This document shows, piece after piece, positions 48,137 through 60,500 of a stretch of 64,000 bases of DNA. Each line of letters begins with the position of its first letter. Position 1 is the first letter of the stretch. The notes beneath the pieces are model-generated. The model was given only the letters and a program-made list of their open reading frames with translations, was not told the origin of the DNA and searched no databases. This DNA comes from Trichoplax adhaerens. Its lineage: Eukaryota; Animalia; Placozoa. Both the position numbers and the translations under genes were made by a program. The stretch lies in contig NW_002060952.1 of the NCBI RefSeq assembly GCF_000150275.1, positions 1,601,927 through 1,665,926 on the forward strand, given 5' to 3'.

Positions 48137-49807
48137 ATGGTGCTTAGACTTCGCAAGCAAATATAATTACTTATGATTGCCGGTAACTGGTAACTACTAA
48201 CTGCAACCCTAATGAGTTATAACATGTTTCATAACGTATCGACAAGCCCGCATTATCAGAACAGTACGCAAATTTACAAATTATAATCATTCCCAGTACA
48301 TAGATTCAATGTGTGAACTTTAAAGCTTTAAAATCATATTTTATTAAATAAAAGGCACTGATAATTCATTAGATTGTTTTTACATTTAGCTGAAATTCAT
48401 ATTACTGTTAAAGCTGCTATCTAATTTCTCCGTTCTATTTAGATTTCTGCTTTAAAATGGATTGTTATCGGAAGTTTGTTATGCTCCGTTGCATTTAACA
48501 ATATTAAAATGGCAAATGCATCTGGTAATAAAATAGGTCATAGAAGTATTAATTATGTAATTGTTATAAATTTTAATTATCGTATAGGAATTATAGTATA
48601 ATAAATCAAGAATAAAGCTATTATTAAGTCATTTCTTTTATCTCTGACCAGGTGATAGATGGTTTAGCCATAATTTCAAGCGTTATTTTATCAGCCAATC
48701 ACAAGCATCATTCTATAGTGCTAGAAGTTATTGTGAAAACACTTATAAAGGTAGTTTAGTGGAGATCAGCGATGCTGATGAGGATACTATTCTTCTTGGT
48801 ATAATACAAGCATTACGTAAAAGTATGAATAGCTTGCATTTGGCACATTACTGGATCGGCCTTATGGATTTAAATGGAACATTTACTCATGCTAAATGGA
48901 TAAATAGCAATAATACCGTTGGAAATTGGAACTCATGGCATGAGAATATAGTTATTAATTCAGCAAAGTTATGTGCTGGTGTATCTTTAGGAAAATCTAG
49001 TACTCAGCTGTCCTGGATCAACTTAAATTGCGCTGATAACTTTTCCTTTATATGCCAGCTAGGTAAGGACGGGCAAAACTGTTACCTAGTATTACACAAA
49101 GAATTCAGCTTTGCTGGTAGATTAAGTAAAATATTAAAAGTCATGAATTGGTTTGAAATACTTACAGTTTGGATTGAAATTAAATCGTTAATCTAACGAT
49201 CGTTTCAGACGAACTTAAGCTACAAAATAGAGATTAATAAAGTATAGTAGTTATACTATATAGTTCTATTACGGCATAAACGAATTCTGAGATGTTAATG
49301 CAATCATAATCTTGCATAATTATTAAATTTTTAAATTCGATCTACGTTAAGATCTGAGAAATACCTCTTCAAACTGGACTCTGACATCGTATCTGCTGTC
49401 TAGTTATTTTATTCCATTCAGTAAGCTCTTTTCTTTATTAAAAGTTGATGCAATTTATAAATTACTACAAACAACGTATAAATATAGGAATTGTTAATAA
49501 ACTAACCCAGTGACTATACTAACGTTGTATTTTCGTTTAGGGGATGAATTCTGCAAGGCTCCATCTGTGCTATTTGGCTCTACTTGCGTAACTTCATATT
49601 ATGAGAGCTTAATTTTTAGTCTATCCAAAAAGTATTGTATAAGTCTTGGCAAGCAGCTAGTCCAGATTGAATCATATAATAAATTACAAGCTTTAAAATC
49701 GCTTATGATACGACGATCTGAATTATGGATTGGCTTAAAAGCGAACAACTCANAAGCCGACAGAATTTCAACAGTTTAAGTGGTTAATGCCAGACTTTTC
49801 TATTTAT
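48137..49807 (+). CDS. Partial second copy (copy A) of the 5' end of gene C: signal exon, CTLD1 and the start of CTLD2, truncated by the assembly gap
   Basis: Exons 48443-48524, 48652-49062 and 49541 to the gap; closely similar to 51870-53228. The extra N base at 49753 is probably a read-end artefact. ATG at 48137-48139 is tentative. Confidence 0.75.
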
Positions 49808-50674
49808 NNNNNNNNNNNNNNNNNNNNNNNNNNNNNNNNNNNNNNNNNNNNNNNNNNNNNNNNNNNNNNNNNNNNNNNNNNNNNNNNNNNNNNNNNNNNN
49901 NNNNNNNNNNNNNNNNNNNNNNNNNNNNNNNNNNNNNNNNNNNNNNNNNNNNNNNNNNNNNNNNNNNNNNNNNNNNNNNNNNNNNNNNNNNNNNNNNNNN
50001 NNNNNNNNNNNNNNNNNNNNNNNNNNNNNNNNNNNNNNNNNNNNNNNNNNNNNNNNNNNNNNNNNNNNNNNNNNNNNNNNNNNNNNNNNNNNNNNNNNNN
50101 NNNNNNNNNNNNNNNNNNNNNNNNNNNNNNNNNNNNNNNNNNNNNNNNNNNNNNNNNNNNNNNNNNNNNNNNNNNNNNNNNNNNNNNNNNNNNNNNNNNN
50201 NNNNNNNNNNNNNNNNNNNNNNNNNNNNNNNNNNNNNNNNNNNNNNNNNNNNNNNNNNNNNNNNNNNNNNNNNNNNNNNNNNNNNNNNNNNNNNNNNNNN
50301 NNNNNNNNNNNNNNNNNNNNNNNNNNNNNNNNNNNNNNNNNNNNNNNNNNNNNNNNNNNNNNNNNNNNNNNNNNNNNNNNNNNNNNNNNNNNNNNNNNNN
50401 NNNNNNNNNNNNNNNNNNNNNNNNNNNNNNNNNNNNNNNNNNNNNNNNNNNNNNNNNNNNNNNNNNNNNNNNNNNNNNNNNNNNNNNNNNNNNNNNNNNN
50501 NNNNNNNNNNNNNNNNNNNNNNNNNNNNNNNNNNNNNNNNNNNNNNNNNNNNNNNNNNNNNNNNNNNNNNNNNNNNNNNNNNNNNNNNNNNNNNNNNNNN
50601 NNNNNNNNNNNNNNNNNNNNNNNNNNNNNNNNNNNNNNNNNNNNNNNNNNNNNNNNNNNNNNNNNNNNNNNNNN
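49808..50674. other. Assembly gap (N run)
   Basis: Run of n characters. Confidence 0.99.
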
Positions 50675-51562
50675 TTCAAAGATAGATATATGTTACTTGC
50701 TGTCGCTATCAGAAAAACTTTTATTGAAAATAATATTATAATATTTTATTGAAAAAGAAGAGGTATATTATAGACTCTTACAAAATATACTAATTTTGTG
50801 TTATAAGCTGTAGCTACAGCTGATATAATGTAATCTTAGGATTGTTAATAGCTATCATGCTTGAATGTTGCAATATAAATCAATTTTTTAAGATTCAACT
50901 TATTTTATTGTTAATTGCATACTCTTATTTTCTTAGAATAGCTATTAGATCATCGTTATTTATCACTTTATGCTATAAAAAGCGCATTTTTAGTAAAATG
51001 TTTACCTAAAAATAGGACACTATATAATACGAAGTAGTTTAAATAACTTCATAAACAGGTAGATAGACGGTTATTTTCCGCTATAATATTTAATGATAAC
51101 GACAATAATGTTATGTAAGCAAACATACGTATATTAGATCTGTTATTAGTACAGAAAGTTGGGAAATGAAATTATGATCAAATTTCAAGGAGCAAATACT
51201 GGTGTATTGGCTAAAGCAGAAAAATAGACGAAGTATAATATATAAAGGAATCTATGTAATATGCATGGAAACGATACAGATGTTACCGTTCAGTAATTCT
51301 AACGTATTGTATGAGAACTATTTTATTCGCAGATGCAGGAAATTCTCGAGATACTCTAACTAATGTATTAATTAATGGACTACTTCTACGCAATATCTGC
51401 TAGTCTTAAGTTACTATTTATTTGAGATCAATTAATGATCCAAAACGATGTTGAATATTATTTGACCTTATGATCTAACTAATACAAAGTAGATCACGAT
51501 AGATCTCACTAAGGATCTCTAAATTTCACTACTGAAAGTAACTAAATCAAACAGCACACAGG

Positions 51563-54500
51563 ATGGTGCTTAGACTTCTCAAGCAATTATAATTACTTGT
51601 GACTGCCGGTAACTGGTAATTACTAACTGCAACCCTGATGAGTTATAGCATGTTTCATAACGTATCAACAAGCCCACATTATCAGTATAGTGCGTAAATT
51701 TTACAAATTATAATCATTCTAAGTACATAGATTCAATGTGTGAACTTTAAAGCTTTAAAATCATATTTAATTAAATAAAAGGCACTGATAATTCATTAGA
51801 TTATTTTTAGATTAAGCTGAAATTCATATTACTGTTACAGCTGCCATCTAATTCCTCCTTTCTATTTAGATTTCTGCTTTAAAATGGATTGTTATCGGAA
51901 CTTTATGTTCCGTTGCATTTAACAATATTAAAATGGCAAATGCATCTGGTAATAAAATAGGTCATAGAAGCTTTAATTATTTAATTGTTATAAATCTTAA
52001 TTATCGTATAGAAATTATAGTATAATAAATCAAGAATAAAACTTTTATTAAGTCATTTCTTTTATCTCTGACTAGGTGATAGATGGTTTAGCCATTATTT
52101 CAAGCGTTATTTTATCAGCCAATCACAAGCATCATTCAATAGTGCTAGAAGTTATTGTGAAAACACTTATAAAGGTAGTTTAGTGGAGATCAGCGATACT
52201 GATGAGGATACTGTTCTTCTTGGTATAATACAAGCATTACCTGAGAGTATGAATAGTTTGCATCGTGCACATTACTGGATCGGGCTGATGGATTTAAATG
52301 GAACATTTACTCATGCTAAATGGATAAATAGTAATAATACCGTTGGAAATTGGAACTCGTGGCATGAGAATATAGTTGTTACTTCATCAAAGTTATGTGC
52401 TGGCGTATCTTTAGAAAATTCTAGTACTCAGCTGCGCTGGATCAACTTAAATTGCGCTGATAACTTTTCCTTTATATGCCAGCTAGGTAAGGACGGGCAA
52501 AACTGTTACCTAGTATTACATAAAGAATTCAGCTTTACTGGTAGATTAAGTAAAATATTAAAAGTCATCGATTGGTTTGAAATACTTACAGTTTGGATTG
52601 AAATTAAATCGTTAATCTAACGATCGTTTCAGACGAACTTAAGCTGCAAAATAGAGATTAATAAAGTATAGTAGTTATACTGTATAGTTCTATTATGTCA
52701 TAAACGAAATCTGAGACGTTAATGCAATCATGATCTTGCATAATTATTAAATTTTAAATTTGATCTATGTTAAGATCTGAGAAATACTTCTTCAAACTGG
52801 ACACTGACATCATATCTGCTATCTAGTTATTTTATTCCATTCAGTAAGTTCTTTTCTTTATTAAAGTTGATGCAATTTATGAATTGCTACAAACTACGTA
52901 TAAATATTGGAATTGTTAATAAACTAACCCAGTGACTACACTAACGTTGTATTTTCATATAGGGGATGAATTATGCAAGGCTCCATCAGTACTATTTGAC
53001 TCTACTTGCATAACTTCATTTTATGAGACCTTAATTTTTAGGCTATCCGAAAAGTATTGTAAAGATCTTGGCAAGCAGCTTGTCCAGATTGAATCATATA
53101 ATAAATTACAAGCTTTAAAATCGCTTATGATACGACGATCTGAATTATGGATTGGCTTAAAAGCGAACAACTCAAAGCCGACAGAATTTCAACAGTTTAA
53201 GTGGTTGATGCCAGACTTTTCTATTTATCCATCGTTCACCAATTGGGGGCAGTTTAGTCAGCCAAAAGCGACTGATCCACAGTCAGGAAATTGCATTACG
53301 ATCGACAGCGCAACTTTATTGTGGAATAACAGAAGGTGTAATTCATTTTATCCTTTTATTTGCGAACAAAGTAAGAAAGGGACTAAATCGATCAATCTGC
53401 TCTCAAAATAACGAAATCTATAATACCGATGTAATAATTTCAGCTAATTGCAGTAATAAAGTGAGCTAAAGTAGCCGTAGGTGGTAGAGTAATCTATTAT
53501 ATTGTACTTAACGAGTTAATTGTATGGTGACTGTTACGATTGATAAGCCATATTTATAGTTTTTAATTTTTAGTTAAATGTGATGTTCACCTAATTTATA
53601 TCACGTTAGAGATATGCTCAGTTTTAATAACTCGAATTTTGAATTCGTAATTGCTAGTTGAATGGGTTATAGAACCCATCCACCACATAATTTTTCGCTT
53701 GTCTACATTTCAATGTTTGATAAGTGAATTTTATCATCTAAAAATCGTATAGATCTAAGCTGTCCAGTAAACTGGTTGCAAATTGGAGGCAATTGTTACT
53801 ATTCCCCTGCAACTAACTTTAGTTCTTGGTCTAATGCATTCGCATATTGCATCAGTATGAACGCAACCTTAGCGATTATACGTGATAAGTCTGAATTTAA
53901 TTTCGTTGAGAGTATAGTCCTATCTACAGGAAAATCTTTATGGGTTGCCCTAAAATCAAACAGTAGCGGTCTAAAGTGGTTTGGCAAAGATGAATATCAA
54001 ACATATCCACACCTCAGAGCAGTTGATATTTGTATGGTAGCCGGAGTGATTCATTCTACCATTCATTGGCGGCTACAAAAATGTCTAAATAATCGACATT
54101 TTTATCCGCTTTGTATGCAAGGTAATTCAATTTCAGATACACGAAAGAGTCTAATCTGATATAAATTCATCTATAACTTACACTTACATTATGGCGCTGG
54201 TAATCTAATGCTATCTTTCACATTTTTATCGTAAACATGTATGCATATTTTATTTTATTTGTTGTTTACCATAGATGCCAGAGCTCAAGCCTCTACTGAT
54301 ATTTTGGTATGATAGCACCGAATTTACACATGCATAATTAATTAAAGTTTTCTATCAGATTATTGTAATAGAAAAGCTGACAATGATATGATATTGTATT
54401 ACAATAATAAATTTGACCTGCAGACTGTTAATACAGTTGCAAGATAGCCTTGACTGTTGCTACAAAATTGCACATAATATTCGATATTGACTTGTGTTAA

Positions 54501-57500
54501 TTTCAGTTTTATTGATCCTTTAAGATTTAATACTAACAGGGCATAAAATATATCCGCACTATATGAACGAATAAATAGTACTAAATTATTTGTTTTAAAG
54601 TTTATTTAGAATTTTTGCAATCTTAATATATTCGTATGCTAGTCTCACGAGATTTCTGCTATCAATTAGGCTTTTTTCCTATTTTTACTAAGCATGCTAA
54701 TACTGTGTTGTTTTGGCAGTAGTAATTTCGAAAAGTAATGTTCTTTACATAATTTATTTTAAGGAAATCAATTTTTGACTTGTTTATTTCGAATTTAGAG
54801 TAACCCCACCACCAATATTGTTGCATCAATGGGAAGACCATTTTTCGTAAGTAAAATACTTATATCAATTAAGGATATTATTGTAACCAGAAATAAAGCG
54901 GGTTTGCATATCTCATTCGTCACTGGCAATCTTTTACTGTATATAGCTTACTATTTAATAGTTCAGAACGTCTCTTCCTATAGAATGCTACTAAAAAATA
55001 AATTATGCAACTTAGACCGCAAAGATAAATCAACATTATCACCATCCTTAGATAGCAGAATCACAAAAATAGTTATTAGTTAGTAATAACAATAAATGAT
55101 GTTTGTAATTGAGTTAAATTTCGGCATGGCTACATGAATTTAACAGCTACCTGCCAGGGACGTTGGCTGCTACATGGTAAATACTGCTTTGACATTATAA
55201 GTAGCAAGATAACGTACGGAGAATATGAGAGCCAATGTCAAGATTCTCAAGCTTCCCATCCCGGAATTATTTATGACCATAAAGTTGGATTGATCGTAAA
55301 TACCATACTAAATGATGGGGATGAAGTTTGGATAGGATTACAATCGAGATTAGATTCTTTCGTGTGGTATGATAATAGAACACGATTTAACTATTCTAAT
55401 TGGGCAACTGGAGTGCCAAGTGTAGCTAATGGGACTGGCTGTGTTACCTTGAAAAAGTATAATGAAGCAATCAGTTTTTGGTATATTCGAAATTGTGACA
55501 ATAAATATAAAGCCCTTTGCCAAAGATGTAAGATATCATTTAAATATGGTAGCCCAATTTGGTGTCATGTTGATAATAGCATGCCACGCATAATACATTT
55601 ATAACTATTAATATCATTAAAATTACAAATAGTTTATCATTTAATTTGGAACGCAGTACCAGCTTACTAGTAGCTCTAATATTATCGAGGTATTCAATAG
55701 TTTAGTTTAGGTAGTGCAGGAGTAAAATACCAGTTATTGGTTTTAGAAAGATACCTTTCTTTAAATAAACTGCAGAATACTCGAACAAATAATTTTGTTT
55801 CTCATCCTTATTAGTTATATTATCGTATATATTCAAAAACTTTGTATTTATCGATCATTTCAGTTGCAACTGGAACATCCAATGATATCCTTAGAAGTCC
55901 CAAAATATTTCGTAAGGGTTGTAATAAGATGTGTAATTTTCCTTATTTTATAATGGAACGATCACTTTACTCTAAAATATTCTATAATTGTGACGTTAAG
56001 GATAATGTCTAATAATTTATAATATAATCTATCAAAACTTAATTAATTATGTTAATGTCATTTCATCGCAGATAAGCAGCACTCCGTTTGCCCCAATTCA
56101 TGGGATTTTCAGAATTCTAGTTGTATTAAAATATTCAATTCACTCGCAGCTTTTTATGAAGCTCGCGAAATTTGTCATTATTGGAATTCAGATTTGGTCT
56201 TATTAAACACTCGAGAAGAGCAAAATTTTGTAGAAAGCGTAATACTAAATAAGGTGCAATTTAGAGCCAAGCCTTTTAGCTATTCAAATCAGTCGTTTTG
56301 GATTGGATTATTTCAGAAAGATCCACAAGATTACTTTTGGATCCAAAAAAACGCTAAAGTTTATCGAAATGATACTACAAAATTAAAGACTAAACCTAGT
56401 GGCCATCAATGCGTTATTTTGCAATATGATATTGAGACGGAGTCTTGGAGTTGGATTCCAGCTGATTGCATTAGTCAATTAGCTTACCCGATATGTCAAA
56501 AAGCACTAAATGACGACGGTAATGAATTTTATAGAATAATTTAAATCTATAGATTATAACACACCCATAAAATCCATCTATTTCATGTAGCTCAATCTCG
56601 CTTTATCATCTTAGTTCTAAAAATAGATTTGATTAATTCTAAGAATACTTTCAAGGCATGATTATGAATTTTGTAATTTTCTATCACGAAAATTACCAAT
56701 CATTATGAAGTAATTATTTCTGGTTCTAAATGAAGATACTAACTTAGCTAGATTATACTTTCACGATTTCGATATTATATTTTTTTGAGTATGGGGTGAA
56801 TAGATAGTTTAACTACAGTAGTTGATTCGCAACTATATACTATGATTAAATAATTTTTACCTCTCATTCATAATCTCAGTTTTGCTCATAGTTAGGAGAT
56901 GAATATGAAATCTTAAGAATTTTTCTCAATACTCATCATTTTTTCTAGATCTAATAACAGCGATACCTTCGATAGCACCTGCATCGACTACATCAAAATC
57001 AAATACACATCTATCAACATCAAATCCTATTAATAGAACTAATATCGATGCAAATACAAATATCGAAGACCTGGAAAGTGCTGGCTTACAATTAGCACAA
57101 AATTTAGCAGCGAATAGTAGTATCGTACAGCTATGGTATCACAACAAGACCTTAGGTAAATATAATATGAGTACTAAATTTAATAATGATTTCAAAATCG
57201 AATTATCACTCAATATGCTAATAAAGTATGATCACTTAAGCGGTTATCCTTATGTTTCATGATAATTTTGACCTTTATATGTTTAAATACAATATTAGGT
57301 ACTTGTAATTGCCACAGTCCAAATATTTACTGATGTAATTAGCCAATTTTTGTTGGTTTGCAATTGTTACATAGAATATTGATACTAGTACACTATCAAT
57401 AGATTATATTTACTATATTTTCAGCTAGTACAATGCAGATTCTCATAGCATAGTTGCTGTGTTTGAAAATTCGTGATTCACACTGATCACGTTTGTAGGC

Positions 57501-60500
57501 TTACTTGCAAGATCACGCAGTACTTGTCTTCGAATACATTTACATTAAGATACTACTAGTAGTACGTAAATTATAGCACTTTGACGATAGATGTAACAGT
57601 TTTACCGGTATAGTTTCGATCTCGACGGGCAAGTTAGCTAGTGAGTTATTAATAGCATAAATTAATTGGTTTAGACCATGAGAGCATAGTATTATTGAAT
57701 TAAACGTCTTAGTGGTTGTAAATACATCGATATTCTATTGTAGCAAAGTACATACGGTATCACTAATTGGATAGTCCTTAATTAAAATCAGTCCTTAAGA
57801 TCTGATTTATTGTAAAGTACGATAGCATTTAATAGGAAATTAGAGTAGTTATTGCCATTTTATAATATTAACGTAGTATTGCACAAAGTAGATTATATTT
57901 GTAAAATAGATAGTAATGTATTTCTAAACATGCTCTATTTTCGATTGCACTTTAACAACCATATTTGAAACACATATCATTGCCGTAGGTTTAGTCACCA
58001 ATGTAGTTGCATGCCAATCGAAATTTGATATTCGTAAACGTAACGANNNNNNNNNNNNNNNNNNNNNNNNNNNNNNNNNNNNNNNNNNNNNNNNNNGTTA
58101 TATCTTTATTTGGGATTACATAGACTAAAATAGTAATAGCCAACCAGCTAAATTGGATTATATCTATCACCTCCAAGGTTGATAAGGTTCAAAGTACAAT
58201 TTCTAAGTTTAGAGGAAATGTCTTAGTAGAGTAGCTTTATATGTATCTGTTAAACTGTTAATAAGCATTGTTTATTTTAATACTGTTACAGTAAATGTAA
58301 TAGGATTAGACTGTATCTAATCTGTACAGATAAAATTTCTTTAGGGTATTAATTTGGTTAATTTCCAATAGACAAGATAACTTATGTAGCTAAATTGGTT
58401 TTAGGTCCGAAACCTATTTAAACGGCAAGTTCGCCGACAATAAATTAGATTGCGATTTTTTAGTAAGTCTTGAAGGTCTCCCTGTGTTAAACCCTATCTG
58501 TTTTTATATATCATTTGTTTGATATTCGAAATAACAGTGGTAAAGGGTAGAAATCACTCTCTCAATTCTTGTCGCAAGTTAGAGCTATTCCTAGCTCGTA
58601 ACATATGCCTAAAAAACTATATAGTTTCATAAAACTAATAATATTAATGTCTTAGCTATTTAAATTCGAATATGCGGCCTTAGAAACTTCTTTTGTATTT
58701 TAGGAGTCTATTATTTCTTAATGAAAGCATTTAGAAATGATATTAGTGAATCGATAACTGTTAGCTTGAAGGGAAAAAATCCATATTTGCAGTTTACAAC
58801 CTTTGGTAGTCCAGTAAAGGTTGAAATACCAATATCTGTTGTGCCAAGGGAATCTTCTGGTGAGAGATATATACGTATTCATCTTCAATAAGTTTATGGT
58901 ATTAATGCTAGCTGTAATAGTTGATTTTAATGATCCTACAGAGAGATTTCAACTGGTTGTCGGCGTTTATGAAACTTTACCGGTTCAAATAAGTAGCAGG
59001 TTAATAAAACTGCTGAGCCTATTTGTTAATATTTCATTCTGTATGATCGATTTAAAGTAAAATATGCAATGAAAGTACCGCAATATCTCTATACTGTAAT
59101 TAAAATTCTATATTTGACAAGTTTTTAAATTACAGTATAAATAAGTGACAGTAGAAAAGAAAATTGGCAAGTTATCGTAATATTAGAATGCTTACAAACT
59201 GTTAAAACCGTCTGATGGTAATCTAACAGAAAACTTATTGCACAAATTATGCTATTGAAGAATATTAATTCCGTAGCAAAAAATGCCATATTAAATAACT
59301 GTATGAATCATGCTTCTGTATTGCACTAGTAAACTTAAACGCGAATACAATCTAAGATCATAATTCGCTTCTGGAAAATGTTTTATTTTAAATTTACTGT
59401 TCTAGTGCTGTTGCTGCCTAAGTATGGTATTTCGATACTATAGAGAGAGAGAGACTAATAATTTGCATCTTAAATCAATTTTCCTTTAATTTTGTAAATG
59501 AATATTATTTTGCTACAAAATACGAATGTATTAATTTTTTTAAGACCAAAGGGCTGGTTTTGCCAGTTAAAATTTTCTTTTCGATTTGCAGTAAATGGCC
59601 ACCACTTAAACATTCCGTATTATGTAAAATTCAACCTTTAATAACAAAGAAATTTCAAGATCCAATTATCTTTTACTTTAAAATCGATGAGGTAGTGAAA
59701 GTTGAAAGAACTAAGTTAACAAAATAATTGCATCTGCTATCAATGACGTAATCTTTCGCTTAATCTATGTGATTATCGCTTATTATAGTTTACTACTTGT
59801 AGTTATTAACTTTCTATCGTTTTTAAACTAGAACAGCACGATTCAACCTTTGTGTAGTTATTGGAATGGAAAGTAAGTATTCCTACCTTCAAATCTTTAC
59901 TGCAATAAGACTTATTTCTGCCTTTATTCACTGAAATTTATCTTAAATTAAATACCTAAACTGACTTATTCTTATCTTTTCTCGTTAAATATTTATTAGT
60001 CAATGGGCTACAGATGGAGTTGAAACTCAGAGATTAAATAGTACAATAGTCAAATGTATTGCCTATCATTTGACCAGTTTCTCAGTTTTACTCCAATTTG
60101 CTCAATATTTGGTAAACTCTAGAGTTTTACATTTATATTTCACTATGAATTGGCTATTTAATTAAAAAGTACTAGCTGATAAAACAATCTTTTGCTTTCT
60201 TTCCAATAAAGATTGATCCTCTTCATCTGAAGATTTTAAGTATTTTAACATATGTCGGATTATCTATTTCGTTATTTTGCCTACTAATAACCCTCTGGAC
60301 TTTCACTACTGTCAGGTGTTATTTCTATTAATTTCCAACTAACTGGGCAAATACACAAATTTATGTTGTTTTTGTTACCTAGATAAGAAATGTACTGTAG
60401 AGTTAAATAATTTATTATTATTTTTTATGCTAATATTGAAATTAAACGATTTACTTAAAACAGACGATTTCATAGCATTCGCGGTATGATACATGCTAAT

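Larger units (their letters stand above)
47252..53228 (+). repeat. ~2.55-kb direct duplication (47252-49807 vs 50675-53228) flanking an 867-N gap
   Basis: Co-linear alignment by eye, with roughly 5-10% substitutions in spot-checked 60-nt lines; the inner ends of both copies coincide exactly with the gap edges. Confidence 0.95.

Noticed and set aside
49751-49760. Apparent frameshift in CTLD2 of gene C copy A
   Set aside because: Caused by an inserted N about 55 nt from a contig end; probably a base-calling artefact, not evidence of pseudogenisation.
49780-50752. Three ~300-aa ORFs in the ORF track
   Set aside because: They consist almost entirely of X residues from the N gap.
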